This document shows, in pieces, positions 1-11,840 of a DNA stretch of 64,000 bases. The stretch comes from Mobula hypostoma (Eukaryota): the NCBI RefSeq assembly GCF_963921235.1, contig NC_086097.1:214522001-214586000 (forward strand), in the 5' to 3' direction. Position 1 is the stretch's first letter. Each line of letters begins with the position of its first letter. The notes below the pieces were generated by a model. That model was given only the letters and a program-made list of their open reading frames with translations. It did no database searches and was not told the DNA's origin. Position numbers and translations under genes: made by a program.

Positions 1-470
1 GCTCTCTGTGTCTCATCCATATCCCTCCATTCCCTTCATGTCCAAGTGCCCATCTAAAAGCCTTTTTAAACACCACCAAACTGCTGCTTCCACAACTACC
101 CCTAGTAACTCATCCCAGTTGCCCACCGTTCTCTGTGTAAAATTAATTGTGTAAAAAAAAACCTTTAAACATTTCCCTTCTAATTGTAAAAGCATATCCG
201 CTGATGTTTGACATTTTTGCCATGGGGAAATGATTCTGACTGTTTATCGATCTATGCCTCTCATAGTTTAAACTCCATCAGGTCTCCCCTCAACCTCTGA
301 TGTTATAAGAACAGCCCAAGTTGGTGCGAACTTTCCTTGTATCTAATACCCTGTAATCCAGGCAACATTCTTGCAAACCTCTTCTGCGCCATCTCCACAT
401 CCTTTGGATAATGGGGTGACCAGAAATACATACAATACTTTGTGGGGTCTGAATAAAGATTTATATAATT
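1..470 (-). mobile_element. CR1 LINE 3' fragment, degenerate
   Basis: Minus strand encodes an ORF2 C-terminus-like peptide (FTQRTVGNWDEL...VVEA...LKRLLDGHLD..GMEGYG) that matches other CR1 ends in the window. Confidence 0.85.
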
Positions 471-2239
471 AGATAATACTTAGGTTCAGTCAGTTCAATG
501 AATCCTTTTATTATAGAGGGCACATAGGAAGATCTTAAAGCTTCCTACTTTAAATGGAAGAATAGCATATTCAACCTATTAGGAAATCATTTGTGATCTG
601 TTTTTGAATGTGTAGATTGTGATTCTATGCTGCAGGGCACTAGGAGAGCGATTGAGCACGGCACCTGCTCTGATAGATCATTATACAGCTACAGAGAGTT
701 TTATTTTGCTGCTATATTGCTAGAAAAAGCAAAACTGCCATACCCAAAGCCAGCCTTGGCAGCTTCCACTCTGGGAATGCAACTTGGCTGAGGTGGAAGG
801 GTTCCATGAACAAATATGTGTCTTGGCCAGAGTCCAATAGGTGCCTTAATACAGTATTGCAAAAGGCACTTGCTCATCAGTGACCTACTAAGTAGTAATG
901 AAGCTTATCCCCAAAAATAGCCAGGTCTCAAGTTAACACTAACTGTGCTTTACCAGCAGGCTGGCTAAAGATAGGGCAGGGCAAGCCACCTGGAAGAACT
1001 GGCATCTTTCAGACTTAATAACAAAGTATTAAATGTTTGTATTATAATTGTTTGTTCATGATAAAAATTGAGTTTTTCCATATCTACAGTTCTCTTTGCT
1101 CTCACATATCCTTGCTGCTGCAATCACTGGCTTCTGATACTACCTGGCTGTCACCCAGCTGACAATTTCATCCAGACCCATTCACTGCCCCTCGCGTTGA
1201 ACCGCTCCCACACGTCACTCACTGTCCCTCCCACAGTTCCACTGACTGCCCTGTACATGCTTCACCCACTGCCTGTTCATTGCTTCACTCACTGTCCCTT
1301 GCCTTGCTGCCTTTAGTCACTGAGTCACTGCCAGTTTGTGGTTCCAGCCACTGCCCTCTTTTCGTCACTCATTCTCCCTCTCCTCTCCAGTCCGAGACAT
1401 CCCCCACCTACTGTATCCTTAGCTACACCTGCAGTGCACTTACCTATCTCGCCACTCCTGTCCCCACCTGAAATACACCCAGTCTTATTTAGTAACAGAC
1501 CTGTACCTACAATAATGTGTAATATTGCAATAGCAGGCTGACGTCCACCAGCACAGAACATCTTGGATATTGATCTGGACAAAGGGCTAGAAAATCAGTC
1601 TAAGTCTAATATGATCCCATAGTCTTTCGAGCCAGGCCCAGAGATGATTCTGGTTTTCTCATCTTGATATTTGAGGTTCAGGGCCTGGTGTCTGTAGGGT
1701 CCATGTTGTACATCCTGATTTAAAGAAATAACTTACCCAGTGTTCTTCTAATACTCTGCTCAAACCAAACCACTCGCAACTGTTGAATTATAGACAGAAT
1801 TTTTCATCAGCTTGGACTGCACAGAACTACTGTGAAGCCTGCTGCAGAGTTACTTAACCTGGGCTTACTCGAGCAAGCAGTGGTGGGAACACATTTTAGA
1901 TTGGTTCTCACCAACTTCCATTAGCACATCCCCAATCATCATTGCAGCTTCACTCCCAGAGAAACCACCCACCTGGTCTAATCCACCCACAAAGCAGAAC
2001 CAGCAGAAAGCCCCCCCACCCACCATGTCATAGCTCAGTATGGCATTCACCCAACCAGTGAACATCAGCCACCAACCACCAGTTACAACCCACAGCTGCT
2101 GGTTACATCAGCAAATGCCAAACCCAGCCTCAAGGTCAACCTTCCGATGGCCAACATCTGCTTCTCAACTTCCAAAATCAACATCTATTCCCAAAAGTAA
2201 CAGCTCCAATGCCAAAGTTCCCTCCAGTCTATAAAGCTC

Positions 2240-2410
2240 TCTTTTTTTTCCTCACCTTTCTGCTCAGTAGGTTTTTTTTTGTTATCACAAAATTTTGTTT
2301 TCAGTCTTTAAGATGATGTTTTTTTTTGAGGCATTGTAAGTGTTGTTACTTCGATGTACTCATGTTATTTTTCCTATATATACAATAAAAAGATTTGAAA
2401 AGAAAGAAAG
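2240..2410 (+). mobile_element. 5'-truncated L1/Tx1-like 3' tail
   Basis: T-rich body, AATAAA, (GAAA)n tail; flanked by direct repeat AAAGCTC at 2233-2239 and 2411-2417 at a T/AAA site. Confidence 0.55.
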
Positions 2411-3320
2411 AAAGCTCCTTCCCAGTCCCGGAACATCACCATCACTGGCTTCACTCACAATCTTGCTCCTCCTCTCCCTCACTAGTAGAAACAGAAAACG
2501 TGTGGAGGCAGGAAGATCATGTTAACAGTTCTGCTCATTGACCCCCCCCACCCCGAGTGTTTACTGCAAGTTTACATCACGTTGCCATTATCACAGGATG
2601 TAGTTCCACCAAAGACCTTCACCATGCACCGCATCAACAGAACAGCTGAGCCCCTTACAGGTAGAAGGTTCATGATTAACTCATCATGGTGCACAGACAT
2701 GGCAGTTCTGACTCAGTCCTGCTTGACTACCGGAAGCAGCTAGTGGTCACGTGTCATCCATTTTATCTGCTGAGAGAGTTTTCGACTGTCGTTCTGGTAG
2801 CAGTCCACATTCCACCTCTGAACCACGTCAGGCAGACACCAGAGGAGCCGAGTACCATGATCAGCAGTCATGAGACAGTGCACCCTAATGCCTTCCCTAT
2901 CATTGCAAGTGTTTTTAACCAGGCCAGCTTGAAGAGGTCTCTGATCAACTCCCGCCAACATATCACCTGTGGAACCAAAGGAGCCAACACACTTGACCAC
3001 TGTTACACCACCGTCAAGAACACTTACCGTGCCATCCCACGCCTGCACTTTAGCGAGTCTGATCGCCTGGCTGTACTTCTTCTCCCAGCGTAAAGGCAGA
3101 GATGCAGGACTGCAGCACAATAATGAGGACCATGAAGGGATGGTCAAGGAAAGTGGTGGAGCACTTCAGGACTGCTTTGAGTCAGGAGACTGGACAATAT
3201 TCAGGGATTCATCTTTGAATCTGAATGAATATGCCACAGTTGTTGCAGACTTCATGAAGGCCTGTGTGGATGAGTGTGTGCCTGCAAGGACATAACCAAA
3301 CCAAAAAAACATAGATGAAC

Positions 3321-3836
3321 CAGCTGCCTTTGGAGGGACTGCTGGTTCAAGTTGCTGCCTTCAGAGGGGCCACTGGTTCAAGTCGCTGCCCTCGGAGGGG
3401 CTGTTGGTTTGAGTCGCTGCCCTCAGAGGGGCTGCTGGGTTCCGATGCTCTTGGAGATGTTATCAAAATTCTGACATTTATGGATTGGACTCGTGCAAAC
3501 TAACTCTAGTTCATATTGGCCTCTCTCAGTTCTATAGTTTTTCCCATGTTCTCGCCTATTCTTTCACGTTGCCAATTAGCAGGCTGTAGGTTTGGGGTTT
3601 GATGTTCTTGTTGTTTCTCCATGTGGGTGATCTGCTGGTTTTTGCCTGAGGGAGGGGTTGGGGGGGGGTTGGGGTTTGCAAGTTTTTTGTTTCTTTTTAA
3701 TTTCATGTGGTGGGGAGAATTGAAGTCCTTCTTTCAGCTCCTTCGATGGTTTTTCTGTATGTTATGGCTGTCTGGAGAAGACAAATCTCGGAATAGTTTT
3801 CTGCATACATACTTTGATAATAAAATGAGTCTTTGA
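3321..3836 (+). mobile_element. Non-coding retroelement (5'-truncated) inserted in Rex1
   Basis: Interrupts the Rex1 frame between ATGAACC and GACATTCACGG; ends in CATACTTTGATAATAAAATGAGTCTTTGA, the same tail type as 17400-18262 and 43312-44100. Confidence 0.65.
3322..3441 (+). repeat. ~31-bp minisatellite, about 4 copies
   Basis: Repeating GCTGCCYTCRGAGGGGCTGCTGGTTCAAGTC-like unit. Confidence 0.85.
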
Positions 3837-4650
3837 TGACATTCACGGTTTGCTGAGGGCTAGATCTGTGGTGTTCAATAATGGTGAACCAAAACTAGAC
3901 AAGAAGTCCAGGTATGACCTAAGGAATGCTATTTTAAGAGCAAAACATCAATTCCGATTGAGGCTTCTGATGGGTTTGCTGGCCATTACTTCCTTCAAGG
4001 CAAAACCTAACACCATGAATGGCTGTGATGTTTCACTCCCAGATGGGCTTTTATGTATCCTTTCAAAGGGAGAATGAAACTGCACCTGTGTGAATACCTG
4101 CAGCATCTGATGACCCTGTGATCTCTGTCTCTGAGGCTGATGTGAGAACATCTTTCAAAAGGGGTGAACTCTCGTAAGGCGTGAGGCCCCAGTGGTGTAC
4201 CTGGTTGGACACTGTAAGCCTGTGCCAACCAATTTTTTGGAGAGTTCAAAGGCATTTTTGATCTCTTACCACCACGATCAGAGGTTCACACCTGCTTCAA
4301 AAGGGCGTCGATCATACCAGTGCCCAAAAGGAGCAGAGTGAACTGTCTCAATGACTATTGCTGAGTTGCACTCACATCTTCTGTGATGAAGTGCTTTGAG
4401 TGGTTGGTCATGACTGGAATCAACTCCTGCCTGACCAAGAACATTGTCCAACTTCAACTTGCCTACCGTCACAATAGGTCTGTAGCAGACGCAATGTCAT
4501 TGGCTTTCCGCTTGGCTTTGGACTACCTGGAAGACAGCAATACCTATGTCAAGCTGCTCTTTATTGTTTACATCTCAGCATTCCACACCATCATACCCTC
4601 AGCACTAATCAACAAGTTTCAAAATCTGGGCCCCTGTACCCCCCTCTGCA

Positions 4651-5062
4651 GCAAGGATATACGGTATATGCAGAAAGGTTCTGGAAGAGGGCCAGTAACA
4701 TCATGTAGGACCTACACACCCAGCTCATGGACTGTTTGTCCTACTTCCATCAGGGAGGGGGCTACATAACATGGGACCACCAGACTCAAAAACGGTTATT
4801 TTCCCCAAGGCTGATGAACACTTTCACCCGCTAACTCCACCACTACTTTATTATTTCCCATCAGTCATCGTATGCACAGCCTAGAGTCACTTTTTGAACA
4901 TACAGTCAATATATGCGTGTAAGTTATCTTATGTATTTATGTTTATAATGGTTTTTTAAATTGTGTTCTTTATCTTTCATGGTGGATCGGATCCAGAGTA
5001 ACAATTATTTCATTCTCCTTACACTTGTGTACAAGAGATATTAATCAATCTTGAATCTTGAA
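4651..5062 (+). mobile_element. Rex1/Babar 3' fragment nested in Rex1
   Basis: Splits host CTCTGCA|ACTGGATCCTTGACTTCCT; similar to the 3' part of 24975-26550; ends in (AATCTTG)n. Confidence 0.75.
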
Positions 5063-6242
5063 CTGGATCCTTGACTTCCTGATCATCAGACCAGTCAGTG
5101 TGGATTGGAAATGGTATCTCCTCCTCATTGACAATTGATGTGGACACGCTGCAAGGATGCATGCTTAGCCCACTGCTCTACTGTCTCTACACCCTTGACT
5201 GTGTGCCTACATACAGCTCAACCACCATCTCTACAATTTGCTGACGACAAAACTGTTGTTGGGCAGAGTCTCAGATGATGACGAGGAGGCGTATAGGACT
5301 GATATATGTCAGCTGATTGATGTCTCAACAACTTTGCACTCAGCATCAGTACGACGAAGGAAGAAGCTGATTGTGGAATTCAGGAAGGGGAAATCAAAGG
5401 AACACACACCAGCCCTCATTGAAGGATCAGCAGTGGAAAGTGTAAGCAGTTTCAAGTTCCAGAGGGGCAACATCTCTGAAGATCTATCCTGGGCCCAACG
5501 TATTGATGAAATTACACAGAAGCATGACAGTGGCTATATTTCATAGGAGTTTGAGCAGATTTGGTAGGTCACCCAAGATTCCAGCAAATTTAAACTGATG
5601 TACTATGGAGAGCATTGTAATTGGTTGCATTGTCTGGTACAGAAGGGCCACTGCACAGGATCAGAAAAAGCTGCAGAAGGTTGCAAACTCAGCCAGTTCC
5701 ACCATTGGCACTAGCCTCCACAGCATCACGGACATCTTCAAAAGCTGATGCTTCAGAAAGGTAGCATCCATCATTAAGGGCCCCCATTAACCAGTGTGCA
5801 CCTTTTTCTCATTGCTAACTTCAGGGACGAGGTACAGGAGCCTGAAGATATACCCTCAACATTTTAAGAACAGTTTCTTCCCCTTCGCCATCAGATTTTC
5901 TGAAAGGACAATGAACCAACCATGAACACTACCTCACTATTATTCTTTGGCTGTCTTTTTGCACTACTTGTTGAATTTAGTTTTTATATATATAAGCTAA
6001 ATTCAATATATATATAAAACTATATATATCTTATCATAATTCATAATTTTTAAAAATATATTCTTCTGTACTACTGCCACAAAGCAAAAATTTCATGACA
6101 TATATCTGATATTAAACCTGAGTCTGATTCTGATTCTGATTCTACTTTGGCCTCATTAGAGCCGACGTTACTTATGTAAGACCTAAAGTGGATTCTGGAA
6201 GTGGCATTTCATGCTGAGTTTGAGATAAATATCTCTTATTAA

Positions 6243-6939
6243 ATTAGATTAGATTATGAGGACACACAGTCCTCTTCTATTGTCATTTAGTAATGCATGC
6301 ATTAAGAAATGATACAATGTTTCTCCAGAATGATATCACAGAAACACAAGACAAACCGACTGAAAAACCACATAATTATAACATATAGTTACAACAATGC
6401 AAAGCAATACCGTAATTTGATGAAGAACAGACCATGAAGAACAGACCATGAAGAACAGACCATGGGCACAGTAAAAAAAGTGTCAAAGTCTCTCAAAAGT
6501 CTCATCATCTCACGCAGATGGTAGAAGGAAGAAAAAAAACTCTTCCTGCCATGAGCCTCCAAGCGCTGCAAACTTGCCGATGCAGCATCCTGGAAGCACC
6601 TGACCACAGCTGACTCTTGAGTCTGTCCGAAAACTGCGAGCCTCCGACCAGCCCTCCGACACTGAGCTCCGAGCACCATCTCTGCCGAGCGCTTCAACCC
6701 CGGCCCCGGCAACAGGCAATAGGCAAAGCCAAGGATTTGGGGCCTTCCCCTCCGAAGATTCTCGATCGCACAGTAGCAGCGGCAGCGAAGCGGGCATTTC
6801 AGAAGTTTCTCTAGGTGTTCCTCCGTGCTTCTCACGGCTGTCTCCATCAAATCAGGATTGTGCACGGCACCCTAGTTAACACATACGATATCATTCGGAA
6901 CGGCTGCACGCGCTGCGTCGCGCTGCCATCTTCTCCTCC
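6243..6939 (-). mobile_element. Non-autonomous AAGATGGC-headed retroelement, family A copy 1
   Basis: Homologous end to end with 32428-33055 and 47499-48131; (AATCT)n tail; TTATTAA direct repeat at 6236-6242 and 6975-6981; internal 14-bp x3 repeat at 6420-6464. Confidence 0.85.
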
Positions 6940-8564
6940 GTCCGGAGGAGATGATCATAGCCAAAGATGATCATTTATTAACATAGAATTCTAATGCTCA
7001 CTTTAAAACCTGTTACTCGGTTAATGAATGGATTTAGCAGCCTTAGTTGAAAATACTTGCATGTTTAAACACTTGAGTCTTATTCTCTCTGCCCACATTA
7101 GTGAATATGAAATAAGACTCCCTGTGGCCTCTCTATGGCAGATCTGATGGATGAATAAATGAAAATATGTACTTTTAAAATGCCAGCTGGATATCTGCAC
7201 ACTTCCAGCATTGTTTGCATTTTAGTGGGATTTTGACAAAAAGCCTTGTCTTGTGCTGTGGCTCTTTAAAAAAAATCCTTGTCTGTAAGTAAAACTTTTA
7301 AAATGATTAAATGTCAACTGTTTATTATTTATTTCTGGACTTGTTAGGTTATGCTGTGAAGTAAGTCCAAGTTTTGACCTTGTAGTAATTGTGTTCAAAT
7401 GGTGCATCACATTTTGTTTTGCTCTTATCACATTTTTCGGTTATTTGTTAAAGAGAGTAGGAAGATTGAGCAATCACTACTCACGGATTCACCATCAATA
7501 ATTGGTGGATCTTCTGATTTTGTCTTTAGCAGGAGGTGCCTGGTGTGGCCTTAGCCTATACTTCAGCCAACAAGTTAACTGCCTTCGGATTTTTCATGTT
7601 TCAAAATGACCTTATAGTGTGTAAGATTCAAGGACATTAAATAAAGTTCTGGTACCTGAAGTAATTTCAGGAGAGTAATCCAAATGTGCAGAATATATTG
7701 CTGATTGTAAATTATCCAGTCTATAAAGTTTATATATTTATTAGGCAAAAGAATCAATACTAGGACTGACACACTCAAGGTCTCACCCAGGATTTGTTAA
7801 TAACACTGATCTGAACTTTTGATATTGTTACTAGTAAATACTCTGTGATACTCATTATTGGCTGGCTGTGTTTTTGACACTGACAGCAGCAAATCTTTAC
7901 AGCAAACTCTGAATGGCATTAGGCATTGAAGGCACTGTACAACAGACACACTTCAGTGACTAAAATAAACAGCTTGGCCAATGGAAAATCTATCTAATGA
8001 ATGGGTTAGCAAACATTGTCAGGTCAGATATATTTATGAAAATAATAGGGAGGGTCTATAATCAGACTTTGGCACTTGGTTAATTTTTATGGGAGTTTAT
8101 TATATTTGTTACTATTACAGCCATGGCTATTACAATGTCTTTCCATTTGCTCTCAGTCTAATTTTTTCAATGTTCATTTACACTGAGTCATTAGAACACT
8201 ATGTGAGAGCAGATCTGTATATAATAATATACAAAACAAATTGAAGAGGCAACTTTGGAGCATAAAAAAAATTGTGGAAATTCACAATGTTATGATTATG
8301 AAGAATATTGATATTTCATTATTTAAATAGAGGAACATTAACAGTGCTTTAGAATTGGAAGTAACTTCCTCTATACTTATTGAAGATGGTTTGGAAAAAC
8401 GCTGTTAATCCTGAATCACTTTTGGGGTTCTCTAACATAGGGTGTATTGGGAAAGTGGCATAGCATACCTCTGACAACTCCCACCCTTATGATATGTGTG
8501 GGGGGGTGGGGTTTGAAGGTAATTTCTTTACAAAGAGTATGGTGGCTGTGTGGAATACCCTGCC

Positions 8565-9825
8565 TCTCAAACCCATTCTGCTACCTTCTCCCCGTAATCT
8601 TTCCTGCCCTGACTAATCAAGAACCTATCAACCTCCACTTTAAATGCATCCAATGACCTGACCTCTGCAGCCACCTGGGGCAGTGAATTCCACAGATTCA
8701 CCACCTTCTAGCTGGAGAAATTTGTCCTCATCTCTGTTCTAAATGGACATTCCTCTATTTTAAGAATGTGCCCTCGGGTCCTAGAGTCTCCCACCATAGG
8801 AAATATTTTTTTCATGTCCACTCTATCTTTTAATATTCAATGAGATTCCCCGCTGTTCTTCTAAACTCCAGCAAGTACAAGCCCAGATCCTTCAATTGCT
8901 GATCATATGTTTACCCTTTCATTCCTGGAATCATTTTCGTGAACGTTCTCTGAATCCTCTCCAATGCCACCACATCCTTTCTTAAATAAGGGGCCCAAAA
9001 CTGCTCACAATACTCCAAGTGAGATGTTGCCAGTGCTTTATAAAGTCTCAACATTACATCCTTGCTTTCATATTCGAGTCCTCTTGAAATGAATGCCATC
9101 ATTGCATTTTCCTTCCTCACCACTAACTCAACCTGCAAATTAACCTTTAGGGAATCCTGCATGAGGACTCCCAAATCCTTTTGCACCTCACATTTTTGAA
9201 ATTTCTCCCCATTTAGAAAGTAGTCTATGCTTTTGTTTCATTTACCAAAGTGCATGACCAAACACTTCCCAACACTGTATTCTATCTGCCACCTCTTTGC
9301 CCATTCTCTTAATCTGTGTAAATCCTACTGCAGCCTCTCTGCTTCCTCAAAACTACCTGCCCTCCACCTATCTTCCTATCATCTGCAAATTTGGCATAAA
9401 GCCAATAATTCCGTCATCCAAACTTTGACATATGACGTAAAAAGTACTGGCCCCAACATAGACCCCTGTAGAGCCTCATTAGTCATCAGCAGTAAATCTG
9501 AACAGGCTCCCTTTATTCCAAATCTTTGCATCCTGCCAATCAACCAATGCTCTATCCATGCTCTTATCTTTCCCTCATGTATGTCACCTTATCAAAGGCC
9601 ATCTGAAAAGTACCGGTTTAACTTTGTCTGTCCTGCTTGTTATTTCTTCAATGAATTCCAACAGACTTGTAAGGCAAGATTTTCCCTTATGGAAAACATT
9701 CTGACTCCAGCTTATTTTGCCATGTGCCCCCAAGTACCCCGAAACCACACTCTTAACAATAAACTCCAATATCTTCCCAACCACTGAGGTCAGGCTAACT
9801 GCCTATAATTTCCTCTCTTCCGCCT
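8565..9825 (-). mobile_element. CR1 LINE, internally deleted, degenerate
   Basis: Minus ORFs VGKILE...KGKSCLTSLLEF and DLGVL..SLKV...HLEYCEQFWAPYLRKDVVALERIQR. Confidence 0.92.
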
Positions 9826-10384
9826 CTCTTCCTTCTTTGTATTGTTACTTGCTATAATGTTTATATTTTGCATTGTACTGCTGACACAAAAACAACAATT
9901 TTCACAATATATATTAGTGATAAAATATGATACTGCTTCTGAGACTGATGACTTTATGTGCAAATATTTGCGGGGCTCTTGTCTGTATACCAACTTACTG
10001 CCAAAAGGAGATCCAAGGTCAGCCCTGAAGAACAGAGAACTGCTGCTGTAGGTTTCCAAGTGTTAGCAACAGATTTTAAGAACAGGAATTGAATGCAATG
10101 CACACTTGCAACTCTCACCAGAGAGTGGGACATGCAGAAGGACCTATGTCCATTGACCTCCAGTGGGTGGGAGAAACAGATAGCAAAGATCTCAGCTGGG
10201 CAAGTAATGAATAATCTTTAATTCAGAATGATTGGTGAAGAAAAGAAAAGTGGTACCGGCAATTTAGTTGCTCATTACCGTGAAGAAGTTAATTATTGTG
10301 CCAATGATTCTGAAAAACAGAGATAGTTTCAGGCTTTAGGGCTCACCCTAAATTATCATCAGCACCCAATTGCCCACCAATAAG

Positions 10385-10763
10385 AATATCTACCATAAAC
10401 GCTACCTGGGCAGGGCGAAAAGTGTTATCAAGGATGCATCTCACCCTAAGCATGGACTTTTTACTTTCCTCCATTCGGTAGGCACTACACTACAGGAGCC
10501 TCTGCTCCTGCATCAGCAGGCACAGGAAGAGCTTCTTCCCTGAGGCTGTGACCCTCACTGAACAGCACTAAGCAGTATTGAACCCATATTGTACTGTCTC
10601 AGTACTTTTATATTTGTGTGCTGTAGCACATACTTTTTATTCGCAGTTATTTTGTAAATAACACTGTTCTTTACATTTCTGCTCAGATGCTAACTGCATT
10701 TCATTGGCTTTGTGTCTGTACTCGGCACAATGACAATAAAGTTGAATCTAATCTAATCTAATC
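10385..10763 (+). mobile_element. Rex1/Babar 3' fragment
   Basis: RAKSVIKDASHPKHGLFTFL..GR-like C-terminus; tail AATGACAATAAAGTTG(AATCT)n. Confidence 0.8.
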
Positions 10764-11039
10764 AGTTGAGTAAGAATTAATTAATTACCTGGCATTGAAG
10801 AGCATTTTCCAGTTTGTAACAATAATAGGATCTGTTTCTGATGGAGACAAGTTATAAACCAGGATTTAAGCTAATTTAGGACTGACTTCACAGGAAGGCA
10901 ACTTTAACTGAGTGCATCAAATTAAACTAAGGTGCTGTGGCAGGTTAATGTGGTCTATACAAGTGGTCGTCCAGTTGGTTGGGATAAATATGGGTTGTGT
11001 GAACCGACAGCAGAGAGATTTGAAAATCCAAGTAAAAAT

Positions 11040-11840
11040 GCAAAGCTGATGGAAATATACAAAAAGCCATCAGAAAGACTGTGGAAATACTGAACTTAGT
11101 TTCATAGGGCCAGGAATGAAAATCAGAGCAAATCGAGAACCTTGGCCAAATGCCTTTTGGAATATCACTTCTGGGCAGTACACCCTAAAATTTATGGGCC
11201 TTTGAAGGGATAAAAAGAAATTGTCAGATCAGAAAGTTAAACTATGAAGACATATGCATAAATTAATGAGAAATGTAAATGAGATGTTTTAACATGTTTT
11301 GATGACAGCTCTTGGCCTGAAACGTTGACTGTTTACTCCCCTCCATAGAAGGTGCCTTAATTGCTGAGTTTCTTCAGCATTTGTTTGCGTTGTTTAATAT
11401 GTTAGAACGCTTTTAAAATATAGATGGATATACTACTTGTTCTGGTGGGGCAGACCAAGGTCAGCTCATTTGCAACACTGAAGAGGAGTTTGGATAGGTA
11501 CATGAATGAGAGGGGTATGGGGGGCTATGGCCCAGGTGCAGATAGATGAGATTAGGCAGAAAAACAGATAGGCACAGACTAGGAATCTGTGTTGTAGTAC
11601 TCTATGATTCTAAAGTACAATTCTAAATTTACAGACTAGTCAGTCAGAGGCAAAATCAGGACATTTTTTGATGAAGCACAATAGGATGCATCTTTCAGGA
11701 CTAATCGTGTATATTTGTGGCTAAGGATGTCAAGAGATGTGGAGCAGAGACAGGCAATTGGTGTTTGGTGGAGATGGTAATCAGATAAAGGTTTATTGTG
11801 CAATTAAATTATAGAGGAGATTGAATATTCTTAATGGTCC
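11040..11840 (+). mobile_element. Cluster of old CR1 3' fragments with a Penelope-like terminal fragment at 11299-11392
   Basis: CR1-like GGATAGGTACATG..GAGGGGTATGG..CTATGG and TCTATGATTCTA tail; Penelope-like TGAAACGTTGACTG...GCTGAGTTTCTTCAGCATT. Confidence 0.65.

Larger units (their letters stand above)
2560..6142 (+). mobile_element. Rex1/Babar LINE, near full ORF, degenerate, interrupted twice
   Basis: APE-like motifs (REFSTVVLVAVHIPP, TLDHCYTT, SESDRLAVLLLPA), LQDCFE..DW, RT motifs (MKCFEWLV, LQLAYRHNRSVADA, SAFHTIIP), tail TAAACCTGAG(TCTGAT)n at about 6113-6142; many stops and frameshifts. Confidence 0.9.

Noticed and set aside
1170..1470. Pyrimidine-rich CACTG-motif tract giving several ORFs
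   Set aside because: Low-complexity degenerate repeat.
1738..1780. Short minus-strand exon-like segment with GTAAGT donor (LRVVWFEQSIRRTL)
   Set aside because: Only 43 nt with a modest acceptor; indistinguishable from chance.
3322..3441. Regular ~31-bp repeats (also 50941-51018) as possible CRISPR array
   Set aside because: Head-to-tail repeats with no unique spacers, inside retroelements, eukaryotic context, no cas genes.
6389..6865. 158-aa minus ORF inside family A copy 1
   Set aside because: Frame not preserved in copies 2 and 3, includes a 14-bp tandem expansion, no recognisable domain.
9227..9787. Long ORFs such as 9227-9787, 19446-19979, 53100-53504 and 53523-53954
   Set aside because: Antisense or shifted frames of CR1 ORF2.
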